A stretch of 36,833 bases of DNA from a virus. Lineage: Duplodnaviria > Caudoviricetes. Both the position numbers and the translations under genes were made by a program. This document shows, piece after piece, positions 9,650 through 17,855 of this stretch. A model generated the notes under the pieces. That model did no database searches and was not told the origin of the DNA. It worked only from the letters and a program-made list of their open reading frames with translations. Positions within the stretch are counted from its first letter, which is position 1. The number at the start of each line of letters is the position of its first letter. The stretch spans positions 1 through 36,833 of the IMG/VR virus record IMGVR_UViG_3300032237_000198. One strand, 5' to 3'.

Positions 9650-10294
9650 ATGAGCCTAACACTAAGTGAATCAGCAAAAGCAACAGAACGTCAACTGCCT
9701 GAAGCAGGGACGACGATGGGAGTATTGGTCAGCCTAGTTGATCTTGGCTGCCAGAAAACCAACTGGGATGGCGAGGAGAAGTGGTCGCCCAAAGTGCGAT
9801 TGACATTCGAATTGCCTGACCAGGTAATTGATGGTGAGGTGGTGGAGAATGGCAAAACCACAAAGGTTACCAAACCTATGATGGTCAGCCTTGAGTTGAC
9901 TCGCTCGCTGGGTGAGCGTGCGACGCTCCGTAAGCACCTTGAGTCTTGGCGCGGTGCAGCTTTCACAGCGAAAGAATTGGCCTCGTTCAGCCTCAAGAAT
10001 CTGCTTGGCAAGGCAGCTCTCCTGACCTTGATGCACAAAACATCGCAGGCTGGCAGGCAATATTGTGCGATCAATGCGATCAGCAAGTTGCCCAAGGGCA
10101 TGACTGCTCCGAAAGAATCAGTCAACTCGCAGATGTTCTACGAGATTGAGAATGGTCAGAACGATGTCTTTGCATCTATGCCAGAATGGTTGCAGGACAA
10201 GGTGCGAGCCAGCAAGGAATTCTTGATGGCAACAGGCAAGCCTGCGTCTACAAAGACTGAACTTGACGCAGATGGCAACCCAATGCCGTTCTAA
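9650..10294 (+). CDS. Putative single-stranded DNA-binding / replication protein
   Basis: LVDLG.Q...LTFEL...SLGERATLRKHLESWRG pattern common in phage replication modules; SSB-like acidic tail ELDADGNPMPF; AGAAAGG Shine-Dalgarno. Confidence 0.65.
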   Translation: MSLTLSESAKATERQLPEAGTTMGVLVSLVDLGCQKTNWDGEEKWSPKVRLTFELPDQVIDGEVVENGKTTKVTKPMMVSLELTRSLGERATLRKHLESWRGAAFTAKELASFSLKNLLGKAALLTLMHKTSQAGRQYCAINAISKLPKGMTAPKESVNSQMFYEIENGQNDVFASMPEWLQDKVRASKEFLMATGKPASTKTELDADGNPMPF

Positions 10295-10299
10295 ATTGT

Positions 10300-11121
10300 A
10301 TGGCTCTTACAATTAAATCAAAAGAGCCATCGACAGCTAGACTTGTTCAAACCGAGTCTAGCGGTCATTGGTATACCGCTGATGGCGAGTCCGCCCATAC
10401 TATTATGGGCAAGAATGGCAACTTCAGGAATACGACTGTTGCCGATGCTAGGAAGATGCTTCTTTATCCTAGCGTCACTTCGATTTTGTCTATTTTGGAT
10501 AAGCCCCAATTGACCAGTTGGAAAATTGAGCAGGCAATCATGGCATCGCTTACGTTGCCAAAGGAGGAAGGTGAAACACTCGAAGATTACTCTAGAAGAG
10601 TGGTTAAAGACTCTAAAGAGTCAACAACGAAGGCAGCTGAACATGGCACGAAAATGCACGAATGTATGGAGAACATCCTATTGGGAAGAGCCGTATCCAG
10701 AGATGAAGAACTTGCTCCGTTTATCGAAACATTCAAGAAGTGGGCAGAAGAAAACGTAGAGAAGACGTACTGGTGTGAGAAGGCTCTTGTTGGCGCAGGG
10801 TACGCTGGTCGCTGTGACGCATATGTGAAGTTGAAAGGAATTGGTGACGCGATCATCGATCTTAAAAACCGCAAGGTTAATCCCAAATATGATCCGTTCT
10901 ATGAAACTTCAGACTGTCCACAGCTCTGGGCCTATAGGACAGCGAGCGAGAATCCCAAGGCAGCGTGCGTATCCATCGTGCTCGCCTCGAATGATTCGAG
11001 CAAGCTGATGACCAGGGTGTGGGAAGATGATGAGCTGTATCAGGCTGGGATTGCGTTTAACGCGCTCTTGAAAGTGTGGGCTTGGGTTAAGGGCTACACG
11101 CCTCCTGGGATGAAGTTATGA
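10300..11121 (+). CDS. PD-(D/E)XK exonuclease (Cas4-like recombination nuclease)
   Basis: PSVTSIL, GTKMH, YAGRCD, IIDLK, QLWAY motifs. Confidence 0.85.
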   Translation: MALTIKSKEPSTARLVQTESSGHWYTADGESAHTIMGKNGNFRNTTVADARKMLLYPSVTSILSILDKPQLTSWKIEQAIMASLTLPKEEGETLEDYSRRVVKDSKESTTKAAEHGTKMHECMENILLGRAVSRDEELAPFIETFKKWAEENVEKTYWCEKALVGAGYAGRCDAYVKLKGIGDAIIDLKNRKVNPKYDPFYETSDCPQLWAYRTASENPKAACVSIVLASNDSSKLMTRVWEDDELYQAGIAFNALLKVWAWVKGYTPPGMKL

Positions 11122-11414
11122 CAGCACCAACAATCCAAGAGATGGGTAATGCTGCGCAGGAAATTGTGTGGCGTGTAATGGGCAAAGGATCAGATAAGTC
11201 TGGCTACGGAGACTGGTTGGAGAAGGATCGGCCTACGCACGATTACCATATCGCCAGAGCCATTCGCCACCTAGCCACAGCGCAGATGCAGTTGCACAAG
11301 TCAACTCCATGTCCAGATGTAAACGGCGAAACAAGTATTGACCATCTTGAGCGCGCTCTGGTAAGATCCCTATTCGTATTAGCACAAATTAAAAAGGAGG
11401 TTCCAAGATTATGA
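11118..11414 (+). CDS. DUF5664-like (dATP/dGTP diphosphohydrolase domain) protein
   Basis: VMGKGSDKSGYGDW...ARAIRHL...GETSIDHLERA..RSLF resembles the family pattern GAxKYG..NW...A.RH...ESG..HL.HA. Confidence 0.55.
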   Translation: MTAPTIQEMGNAAQEIVWRVMGKGSDKSGYGDWLEKDRPTHDYHIARAIRHLATAQMQLHKSTPCPDVNGETSIDHLERALVRSLFVLAQIKKEVPRL

Positions 11415-11683
11415 TGATGGAAGATGTGAGTGTTGATTTTGAGTTTAACGGAGAAAATTACACTGCGTATGGCAACGCAGAGATTGATACGATTACCGAG
11501 GATATTGGTCCAGTTGGATATAGGGAACATTACTATGCCAAGGTGGTCAATAATGTGACTATGTCAAAAATTGAGATCTCAACTGCCACTGAAGACATCA
11601 AGAACCCAAGCAAGGAATTGCTTGAAAAGGCTGATAATCTTTTGTCTATTCAGGCAACAGAAGATTTCGACGCTGGGCAATGA
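11411..11683 (+). CDS. Hypothetical acidic protein
   Basis: 90-aa ORF with ATGA overlaps at both ends. Confidence 0.6.
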   Translation: MMMEDVSVDFEFNGENYTAYGNAEIDTITEDIGPVGYREHYYAKVVNNVTMSKIEISTATEDIKNPSKELLEKADNLLSIQATEDFDAGQ

Positions 11684-12081
11684 AAACTTTGGCCGTATCG
11701 GCCATGCTTATATTGTCAACATCAGTGGCATCAAATGTCACTGTAGATGCACAGCCACCCAAGAAGAAGATCAAGGTTCGCGTCACTGGTTACTGGCCAG
11801 GAGAGGATAGTTACACCAGCAAGTTCCAAAGCAGCGAGGGAGTGCGCCTCAGGGCTGGCAGGCATTGTGCAACAGACCACAAGATCATACCAGCATGGAG
11901 CAAGGTTAAGATAGTCGGATCGCAGCAGGAGTGGGTTGTTGTGGATACAGGCACAGCGGTCATTCAAAGAAAAGCAAGTGGGTCAAGCAAATTACCTGTT
12001 TTAGATTTATTTTTTAAATCACAAAAAGATTACGAAAAAGCTAGACTACCTAAATACGCGACAGTAGAAATCAGCAAATGA
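11680..12081 (+). CDS. 3D-domain protein with signal peptide
   Basis: VTGY, CATDHKIIP, VVVDTG, LDLFF carry the three conserved Asp residues; hydrophobic N-terminus. Confidence 0.8.
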   Translation: MKTLAVSAMLILSTSVASNVTVDAQPPKKKIKVRVTGYWPGEDSYTSKFQSSEGVRLRAGRHCATDHKIIPAWSKVKIVGSQQEWVVVDTGTAVIQRKASGSSKLPVLDLFFKSQKDYEKARLPKYATVEISK

Positions 12082-12260
12082 CAATCCTATCGAAAATATT
12101 CTATCACTTGGGCGATCTTGTAAGCATCACGTTGTTGCCACTCGGAATGGGCTGGAGACTGTACCAGAAGCTAATGCTTATATCGGTGGACTTGGACAAA
12201 AACTTTGATGTGTGGAAGGAAGCCAAACCAAGGAAGAAAAGAAAGGCTAAAAAGAAATGA
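12078..12260 (+). CDS. Small hypothetical protein with basic tail
   Basis: Translationally coupled by ATGA overlaps. Confidence 0.6.
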   Translation: MTILSKIFYHLGDLVSITLLPLGMGWRLYQKLMLISVDLDKNFDVWKEAKPRKKRKAKKK

Positions 12261-12445
12261 AGCTAGGAAAAATAACATTTGGAAAATCAAGGCCAGCACC
12301 CAAACAGGTTCTTGTGGATGTGACCTACGATAAAAAGACAGGAGCGGAATTGTTTAGGATTGGAATGAAGCTTCTCAAGAAAGATAGGGAAGCTGTAATT
12401 GAATATGTAATAAAAAAATCGTTGGCATACGCTATTAAGAAATGA
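12257..12445 (+). CDS. Small hypothetical basic protein
   Basis: Translationally coupled by ATGA overlaps. Confidence 0.6.
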   Translation: MKLGKITFGKSRPAPKQVLVDVTYDKKTGAELFRIGMKLLKKDREAVIEYVIKKSLAYAIKK

Positions 12446-13107
12446 AGCAGGCATTAGTAACGCAATCGTTTGGTGATGACTGGCAGAAGATTCTGGATCT
12501 GACTAAGCCGAGGATGGAGGAGTACTGCAAGCGTCACAGCTGCGACTTCATTTTAATCGATAAACCTCTGACCCATCCGATGCAGTATTCCAAGTCTGCC
12601 ATTGGCAACATCATGGCAACCAAGGGCTATGACCAAGTGACATTCGTTGACGCTGATGTTTTGATTGCAGCCGATTGCCCCAAGCTATCCGATGACGCTG
12701 GCGTGTTCTGTGCATTTGACGAGGGGGCTTACTTGGATCGTAAGGCAGATATGGTAAAGCTGGCTAGTGCATTCGGTGGTATTATTGAGCCTCAATTTTA
12801 CGTCAATACTGGCGTTTTTATAGTTCATACCAAGGCGGTTGGTATATTGTCCATGCCACCTATTGGCCTGCATCCAAACCATTTTGCCGAGCAGACCTGG
12901 CTCAACGTGATGGCGCACCTGTGGAAAATTCCACTAACCGAGCTTGATCCATCGTTTAACTGCATGACCAGCGTCGAGGGGCATTTTGGATTGGATCGGT
13001 ACAAGGATGCTTACATTATCCACTACGCTGGACAGTCCAATGATATGGTTAAGTTGGCTGGCCAGATCAAGGAAGACGATGCCAAGCTGAAAGAGGCTGG
13101 GCGATGA
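12442..13107 (+). CDS. GT-A fold glycosyltransferase (GT8/GT34-like)
   Basis: YCKRH..DF, DxD motif FVDADV, VNTGVF, EQTWLN, IIHYAG. Confidence 0.85.
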   Translation: MKQALVTQSFGDDWQKILDLTKPRMEEYCKRHSCDFILIDKPLTHPMQYSKSAIGNIMATKGYDQVTFVDADVLIAADCPKLSDDAGVFCAFDEGAYLDRKADMVKLASAFGGIIEPQFYVNTGVFIVHTKAVGILSMPPIGLHPNHFAEQTWLNVMAHLWKIPLTELDPSFNCMTSVEGHFGLDRYKDAYIIHYAGQSNDMVKLAGQIKEDDAKLKEAGR

Positions 13108-13325
13108 CTTTCGTTAAGGTGGTTCCAGAATGTGGACGCTGGAGGATTCACACTCTTGCAGGCAACGTGATTGGTCCGCGCCTGCATGGTGCTGTTCCTC
13201 CAGGTGGGTTGCCTCCTCTAGAAGATTTGTTTGACAATAAGGATGACGCACAGGCTGCTGCCTTACTTTGGAACACATACGCGCATTGGGTTGCTTCAAC
13301 GCGCAAGAAGAAGAAACGTCGATGA
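13104..13325 (+). CDS. Hypothetical protein
   Basis: 73-aa ORF with ATGA coupling. Confidence 0.6.
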   Translation: MTFVKVVPECGRWRIHTLAGNVIGPRLHGAVPPGGLPPLEDLFDNKDDAQAAALLWNTYAHWVASTRKKKKRR

Positions 13326-13639
13326 TTTCAACTCAATTCACTAAGGGCGATTATGACGAAAGGCTGCAGCAGCTGGCAGGTGAAGTTGCCATACAAGCTA
13401 TCCGCGATTTACGCATGCTCAGGAGAAGGGGGATTGTTATGGGCATGAAGCTTGCACCTGGAGCCAAGCACAAGACGATTAACGATGCATGGGAGTATCG
13501 GAATACTTCCGAGATAAAACGATTGTTGCGAGACTTTAAGAATGGAACTGTTGGATGGTGGTGCAGGGCTGCTGGGATTAGGATTGACAATAAAACCTTA
13601 CTCCGAAGAATGAACGAGGAGAATTATGGGATTGCTTGA
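13322..13639 (+). CDS. Hypothetical protein
   Basis: ATG 13322 overlaps the upstream stop; LAGEVAIQAIRD helix. Confidence 0.6.
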   Translation: MISTQFTKGDYDERLQQLAGEVAIQAIRDLRMLRRRGIVMGMKLAPGAKHKTINDAWEYRNTSEIKRLLRDFKNGTVGWWCRAAGIRIDNKTLLRRMNEENYGIA

Positions 13640-13769
13640 AACTATAGGCGACATGATCTGGGTTGTGACTTGGCTGTTATTTATGCTGGCCGTACTTGTC
13701 TCGATTGCACTCGCTGGAGTTTTTATTGTTTTCAAGTTGATTGAATTCATTAAGGAAAATGTGCTGTGA
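13626..13769 (+). CDS. Small membrane protein (47 aa; below the ORF-track cutoff)
   Basis: MGLLETIGDMIWVVTWLLFMLAVLVSIALAGVFIVFKLIEFIKENVL; fills the gap and has a GTGA overlap with the next gene. Confidence 0.65.
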   Translation: MGLLETIGDMIWVVTWLLFMLAVLVSIALAGVFIVFKLIEFIKENVL

Positions 13770-14182
13770 GAAGTTCCAGCGGATTACACGAAACATATGA
13801 GGATATGGCAAATGAAAAGCGAATTGTGTTGGAGTTTGCCAAGCATTGTGGTGGCAAGGCAAAGCACATGCCGAAAGCTTACCCATTCGACGCGATGATC
13901 CTGAAGGGTGATAAGTATGCATTTGTTGATGTAAGGAAGACTGGATACGAAATAGGTAGGTTCCCAACGCGATGCCTGTCGCTGCAAAAGTATATATCCC
14001 TAAAGTTATATGCTGCATTTGCACCAACGTTTTATGTGATCGAGTGGGCGGATGCGATGGGGTATTACGAGATCAAGGAGAACAGCAAGCTTCAATTGTT
14101 CTACATGTCGAGGGATAGTGGAGATCCCCGCGATAATGAGCCGTGTGTTGAGATTCCAATTGCAGACTTTAAAAGGTTTTGA
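13766..14182 (+). CDS. PD-(D/E)XK-like protein with an atypical catalytic motif
   Basis: YPFDAM...AFVDVRK, EWAD, RDSGDPRDNEPCVEIP. Confidence 0.5.
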   Translation: MRSSSGLHETYEDMANEKRIVLEFAKHCGGKAKHMPKAYPFDAMILKGDKYAFVDVRKTGYEIGRFPTRCLSLQKYISLKLYAAFAPTFYVIEWADAMGYYEIKENSKLQLFYMSRDSGDPRDNEPCVEIPIADFKRF

Positions 14183-14400
14183 TGCTCCAGCTAAATCCAG
14201 AGTTATGGGTGATGACACCCAAGGGAGAGGGGTTGGCATTCATTGTCACCGACTACGGAATGGATCATAACAAAATATTCACTGTCATGCTGAATTGTGG
14301 TGACATCCTAGATTTTGACATTAAGGATTGTAGGCGATGCGAGAATCCATCATTCTGCATTAAGCCAAATAAGCCACCAATCCCACACTATGAGCCTTAA
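14179..14400 (+). CDS. Phage hypothetical protein
   Basis: LNPELWVMTPKGEGLA...DYG; coupled to its neighbours. Confidence 0.65.
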   Translation: MMLQLNPELWVMTPKGEGLAFIVTDYGMDHNKIFTVMLNCGDILDFDIKDCRRCENPSFCIKPNKPPIPHYEP

Positions 14401-14563
14401 TGAAAATCAGCATATCACAATTGACGGACACAATGTTGCTCCTGGTGATTGGTTCGCCTGTATTGACGATACTCCTGAATCGAGCGCGTTGTATTATATC
14501 GGCCAAGATGGAAGGCAGTATGCGTCCTATTTATCAGAAGCAGTCTTCGTCGGTAAACCATAA
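14390..14563 (+). CDS. Small hypothetical protein
   Basis: ATG 14390 lies within the 14315-14563 ORF; 57 aa. Confidence 0.55.
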   Translation: MSLNENQHITIDGHNVAPGDWFACIDDTPESSALYYIGQDGRQYASYLSEAVFVGKP

Positions 14564-14583
14564 ACAGAAAGGAAACTAAAACC

Positions 14584-14760
14584 ATGCTAGGCAAAGACGT
14601 ATCAAAGAACATGCATGAATTGGCGATGGACAACAAGAAGAAGGGTAAGGCTCGTGGTGCTGGTGGAGTACCTCGGTCCCGCAATCAGATGATTGCCATT
14701 GCCCTGTCGGCTGCTGGTAAAAGCAAGCCACGCAAGTTCAAAGCCAAGTCTGGAATGTAA
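14584..14760 (+). CDS. Small basic protein (58 aa, QMIAIALS motif; DUF6496-like)
   Basis: MLGKDVSKNMHELAMDNKKKGKARGAGGVPRSRNQMIAIALSAAGKSKPRKFKAKSGM; AGAAAGG Shine-Dalgarno; TAATG coupling to the next gene. Confidence 0.7.
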   Translation: MLGKDVSKNMHELAMDNKKKGKARGAGGVPRSRNQMIAIALSAAGKSKPRKFKAKSGM

Positions 14761-14945
14761 TGACTGAAGAGGCAAAATCACGCCTCCAGTGGTCGCGCGA
14801 TATCCTTCTCATTGCTCGCGGAAAGCTGGCAGTTGAGAGGGATCGCGTGAGCCATGGCCATGCCATAGATATGATTCAGATCATAACCATGGTTGATGCT
14901 GCTGCCCTGATAGCGAAGGAGATTATTGAAGATGAAAACAAATGA
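14760..14945 (+). CDS. Hypothetical protein
   Basis: 61-aa ORF with TAATG coupling. Confidence 0.6.
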   Translation: MTEEAKSRLQWSRDILLIARGKLAVERDRVSHGHAIDMIQIITMVDAAALIAKEIIEDENK

Positions 14946-15120
14946 TGAGCTTGCAATGCAGGTGAAGAAGGAGTGGGATGAGAAAGGATGGAGATGGAAG
15001 CTGTCCCTATCGGCTGGCGGATTTACCAGCGAGATATATTGTTATGGGACATCCGAGGAGGGGTACTTCAATTGCGTTAGGGAGCTGGTAAGCCATGCAT
15101 ACCAGATGCAGAGCGTATGA
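14932..15120 (+). CDS. Hypothetical protein
   Basis: 62-aa ORF with an ATGA overlap with the methyltransferase. Confidence 0.6.
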   Translation: MKTNDELAMQVKKEWDEKGWRWKLSLSAGGFTSEIYCYGTSEEGYFNCVRELVSHAYQMQSV

Positions 15121-16700
15121 AGTACCTATCCGTATGTTCTGGCATTGAGGCAGCGTCCAAGGCTTGGGAGCCTATCGGATGGGAGCCAGTTGCGTTTTCA
15201 GAAATAGAGCCATTTCCGTCAGCGGTGCTGAAGCATCATTGGCCGGAAGTACCAAACTTAGGAGACATGAGTAAATATGAACAATGGGAAATACAAAGCG
15301 GATCAATTGACATTCTGGTCGGAGGAACGCCATGCCAGTCCTTCAGCGTCGCAGGATTGCGTCAAGGACTCAAAGACCCCAGGGGAAACCTTATGCTTAC
15401 ATATCTTGCAATCGCTGAACGTCTCAAACCTCGATGGCTTGTCTGGGAGAATGTCCCCGGTGTCCTGTCATCCAACGGAGGAAAAGATTTTGGTTCCTTC
15501 CTCGGGGCGTTGGGGAACTTGGGGTATGTCGACTGGGCGTACAGAGTCCTCGACGCTCAGTGGTTCGGAGTGGCCCAAAGACGCAGACGTGTGTTCGTTG
15601 TCGCACATCTTGGAGAAGGGAACCTTGCCGCAAAGGTTTTATTTGAGTCCGAAAGCGTGTGCAGGAATTCTGCGCCGAGCCGAGAAGCGGGGCAAAGAGT
15701 TGCCACCAATGTTGAAGCAGGCGTTGGAGGCGGTGACAAAATAGACGCATTCAGAATGCAGGCTTTTGGCGAGTATGCCAACGATGGAACTGCATCAGCA
15801 ATGAAGGCTAGGGATTACAAGGATGCTACTGATCTTGTTGCGTCATCAATTGTAGGGTCATTATGTGCCAGAGACTTCAAGGGAGTTGGAAGCCAATATG
15901 TTGATGAAGGTAAATGCATACCTGTTGCCATTCCAATCCACGATCAAGCCACTCGAAACGCTGGTAAGCGTGGCAACAAGCAGGATGGCAAGGGCAACGG
16001 ACTTGGCGTTGGCAAGCCAGGTGATCCAGCTCCTACTTTGACCAAGGGAGATAAGCATGCGATTGCGTTTCAAACTTCCGAGCTTCGATTAACTGGCAAA
16101 CTGACCGAACAATCTGTTTGCCCTACGCTGAAGGCAAATACGAAGGCTGGTGATACTGAAGTTAAAGTTGTCTTATACGAAAACCATCCCAACGACAGCC
16201 GGGTAACTGGCCCGCACGATGTCGCTCCTAGTTGCGTATCGAGATACGGAACTGGTGGTGGGAATGTGCCATTGGTGCAGGAGGCGATTGCCTTTGAACC
16301 TGGCATCGCAACCAGAGAGGGTAACGAGAGCAGATTTGTTAAAGAACTATCTCCGACACTGCGTAAGGAGATGGGTGATAATCAGGTTGCGGTAGCAGTT
16401 GATTGCTATAACAAAACAATTGGAGACAAGTCGCAATCTATTTCATCTTCAGCGTCAGACATCAATCATACTGGTGGAGTCATAAATCCAGCAGATAGGA
16501 TGGCAGTACGCAGGCTCTCTCCAAGAGAATGTGAGCGACTCCAAGGCTTTCCAGACGATCACACGATGATCTCTTGGCGTAACAAGCCATCGGATCAATG
16601 CCCAGATGGGCCACGCTACAAGGCTCTTGGAAACTCTATGGCTGTGCCGTGCATGGCTTGGATTGGAAAAAGGATTGACGCGGTTGAGAAATCTAAATAG
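15117..16700 (+). CDS. DNA (cytosine-5)-methyltransferase with a long modular variable region
   Basis: Motif I SVCSGIEA, IV GGTPCQSFS, VI WENVPG, VIII QRRRRVF, IX RRLSPRECERLQGFPD, X YKALGNS. Confidence 0.95.
   Translation: MKYLSVCSGIEAASKAWEPIGWEPVAFSEIEPFPSAVLKHHWPEVPNLGDMSKYEQWEIQSGSIDILVGGTPCQSFSVAGLRQGLKDPRGNLMLTYLAIAERLKPRWLVWENVPGVLSSNGGKDFGSFLGALGNLGYVDWAYRVLDAQWFGVAQRRRRVFVVAHLGEGNLAAKVLFESESVCRNSAPSREAGQRVATNVEAGVGGGDKIDAFRMQAFGEYANDGTASAMKARDYKDATDLVASSIVGSLCARDFKGVGSQYVDEGKCIPVAIPIHDQATRNAGKRGNKQDGKGNGLGVGKPGDPAPTLTKGDKHAIAFQTSELRLTGKLTEQSVCPTLKANTKAGDTEVKVVLYENHPNDSRVTGPHDVAPSCVSRYGTGGGNVPLVQEAIAFEPGIATREGNESRFVKELSPTLRKEMGDNQVAVAVDCYNKTIGDKSQSISSSASDINHTGGVINPADRMAVRRLSPRECERLQGFPDDHTMISWRNKPSDQCPDGPRYKALGNSMAVPCMAWIGKRIDAVEKSK
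15277..15744 (+). CDS. Overprinted (+1 frame) MTase partner polypeptide, EcoHK31I-beta-like; true start may be ATG 15451
   Basis: 155-codon open frame inside the MTase ending in CSLSHILE...PQRFYLSPKACAGILRRAEKRGKELP. Confidence 0.7.
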   Translation: MNNGKYKADQLTFWSEERHASPSASQDCVKDSKTPGETLCLHILQSLNVSNLDGLSGRMSPVSCHPTEEKILVPSSGRWGTWGMSTGRTESSTLSGSEWPKDADVCSLSHILEKGTLPQRFYLSPKACAGILRRAEKRGKELPPMLKQALEAVTK

Positions 16701-16712
16701 AAAGGCAACACA

Positions 16713-17855
16713 ATGAAACTATGGAAAAACAACACACCAGCAGTCCACGTTGTGGACGACAATAAACTGTGGCCACGCTGTAGCTACATCCTACCAGACG
16801 AGCTGACAAACCCTCCGTTCAACGAGGCGATCCCTGTTCCGCACAAAATCAAACCATACTATCCAGGCAGAGCTGAGGGTGGATCGACTGCCTTATATCG
16901 AGCAGGAGCAATCGGTGACGCGATCATGGCTACTGGAATCGTGCGATACTTGGTAGACACCTCTGGGGGGAGCGTGGACATTTACTGTCCTGCTCGTAAC
17001 ATGTCGCTGTTCGCTGGCTTGGGTGCGAATGTATATCCGCTACCACCTACCGAGGAAGCATGGGATTCCTACGATGCGCACGTTGTGCTAGATGATTTGT
17101 TTTCAGGCAAGGTTGGTGGAACCGAGCTAGGCACTGGACCTGGTTGTCACTACGATAGGATCTATAACTGGATGGGGGCAGAGGGGATTGTGGCTGATAT
17201 CACTGGCAGGGCTGGAGATGTTAAGCTTGTTGATCCTAAGTACAAACGTCCGCACCTCTACGTTGTCCAGCCTGACCATGAGGAGCTGGTAAAGAGTGGA
17301 CGCTGGCCTTTGCCTAATCCTTACTTCGTCTACCACGTTTCATCCTCTGGTCCTACCCGCACCTATCCGCCTCAGTTGGGTAAGCTTGCGGTGCAGGCGT
17401 TGCTGGAAGAGTTTCCGAAACATCATGCGGTCATCATAGGACTGGACAGGTCAATTGACTTTAACATCCAGCATCCGCGCATATATGATTTGTTTAACTC
17501 CACTGCAAATGTTCGCACGTTATTCCCAGTCGTGAATGGTGCTGACTTTGTTGTTGCGCCTGACAGCTCGGTGAACCACATGGCAGCTGGTTTGGATACG
17601 GCGTGCATATCGTTATGGGGAGCGTACGACCCAATGGATCGTTGCAAGTATTATCAAAAGTCCTATCCAGTGTTTGCACCTGAAGTTTGTCCGCATGCTC
17701 CTTGCAGACCCCACGGCGCGCTACCACAGGCTAAGTGCAAGGACGCAAGCAATAAGACCAAAGGCACGCAGTACTGGTGCAACGCACTTCGCAACATCAC
17801 AGCTGAAATGATCGTGGAGAAAGCGAAGAAGGCGATGGAGGACGAGAAGGATTAA
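16713..17855 (+). CDS. GT-B fold glycosyltransferase family 9 (heptosyltransferase-like)
   Basis: RAGAIGDAIM, ADFVVAPDSSVNHMAAGLDT...SLWG, Cys-rich C-terminal CPHAPC...C...C. Confidence 0.85.
   Translation: MKLWKNNTPAVHVVDDNKLWPRCSYILPDELTNPPFNEAIPVPHKIKPYYPGRAEGGSTALYRAGAIGDAIMATGIVRYLVDTSGGSVDIYCPARNMSLFAGLGANVYPLPPTEEAWDSYDAHVVLDDLFSGKVGGTELGTGPGCHYDRIYNWMGAEGIVADITGRAGDVKLVDPKYKRPHLYVVQPDHEELVKSGRWPLPNPYFVYHVSSSGPTRTYPPQLGKLAVQALLEEFPKHHAVIIGLDRSIDFNIQHPRIYDLFNSTANVRTLFPVVNGADFVVAPDSSVNHMAAGLDTACISLWGAYDPMDRCKYYQKSYPVFAPEVCPHAPCRPHGALPQAKCKDASNKTKGTQYWCNALRNITAEMIVEKAKKAMEDEKD

Noticed and set aside
10300-11121. CRISPR-associated Cas4 or a CRISPR system
   Set aside because: No array or other cas genes; the context is a phage recombination module
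11118-17855. Known hypermodification pathways (dZ, 7-deazaguanine, TET-glycosyl-5hmC)
   Set aside because: No recognisable PurZ, Que/DpdA, TET/JBP or hydroxymethylase gene
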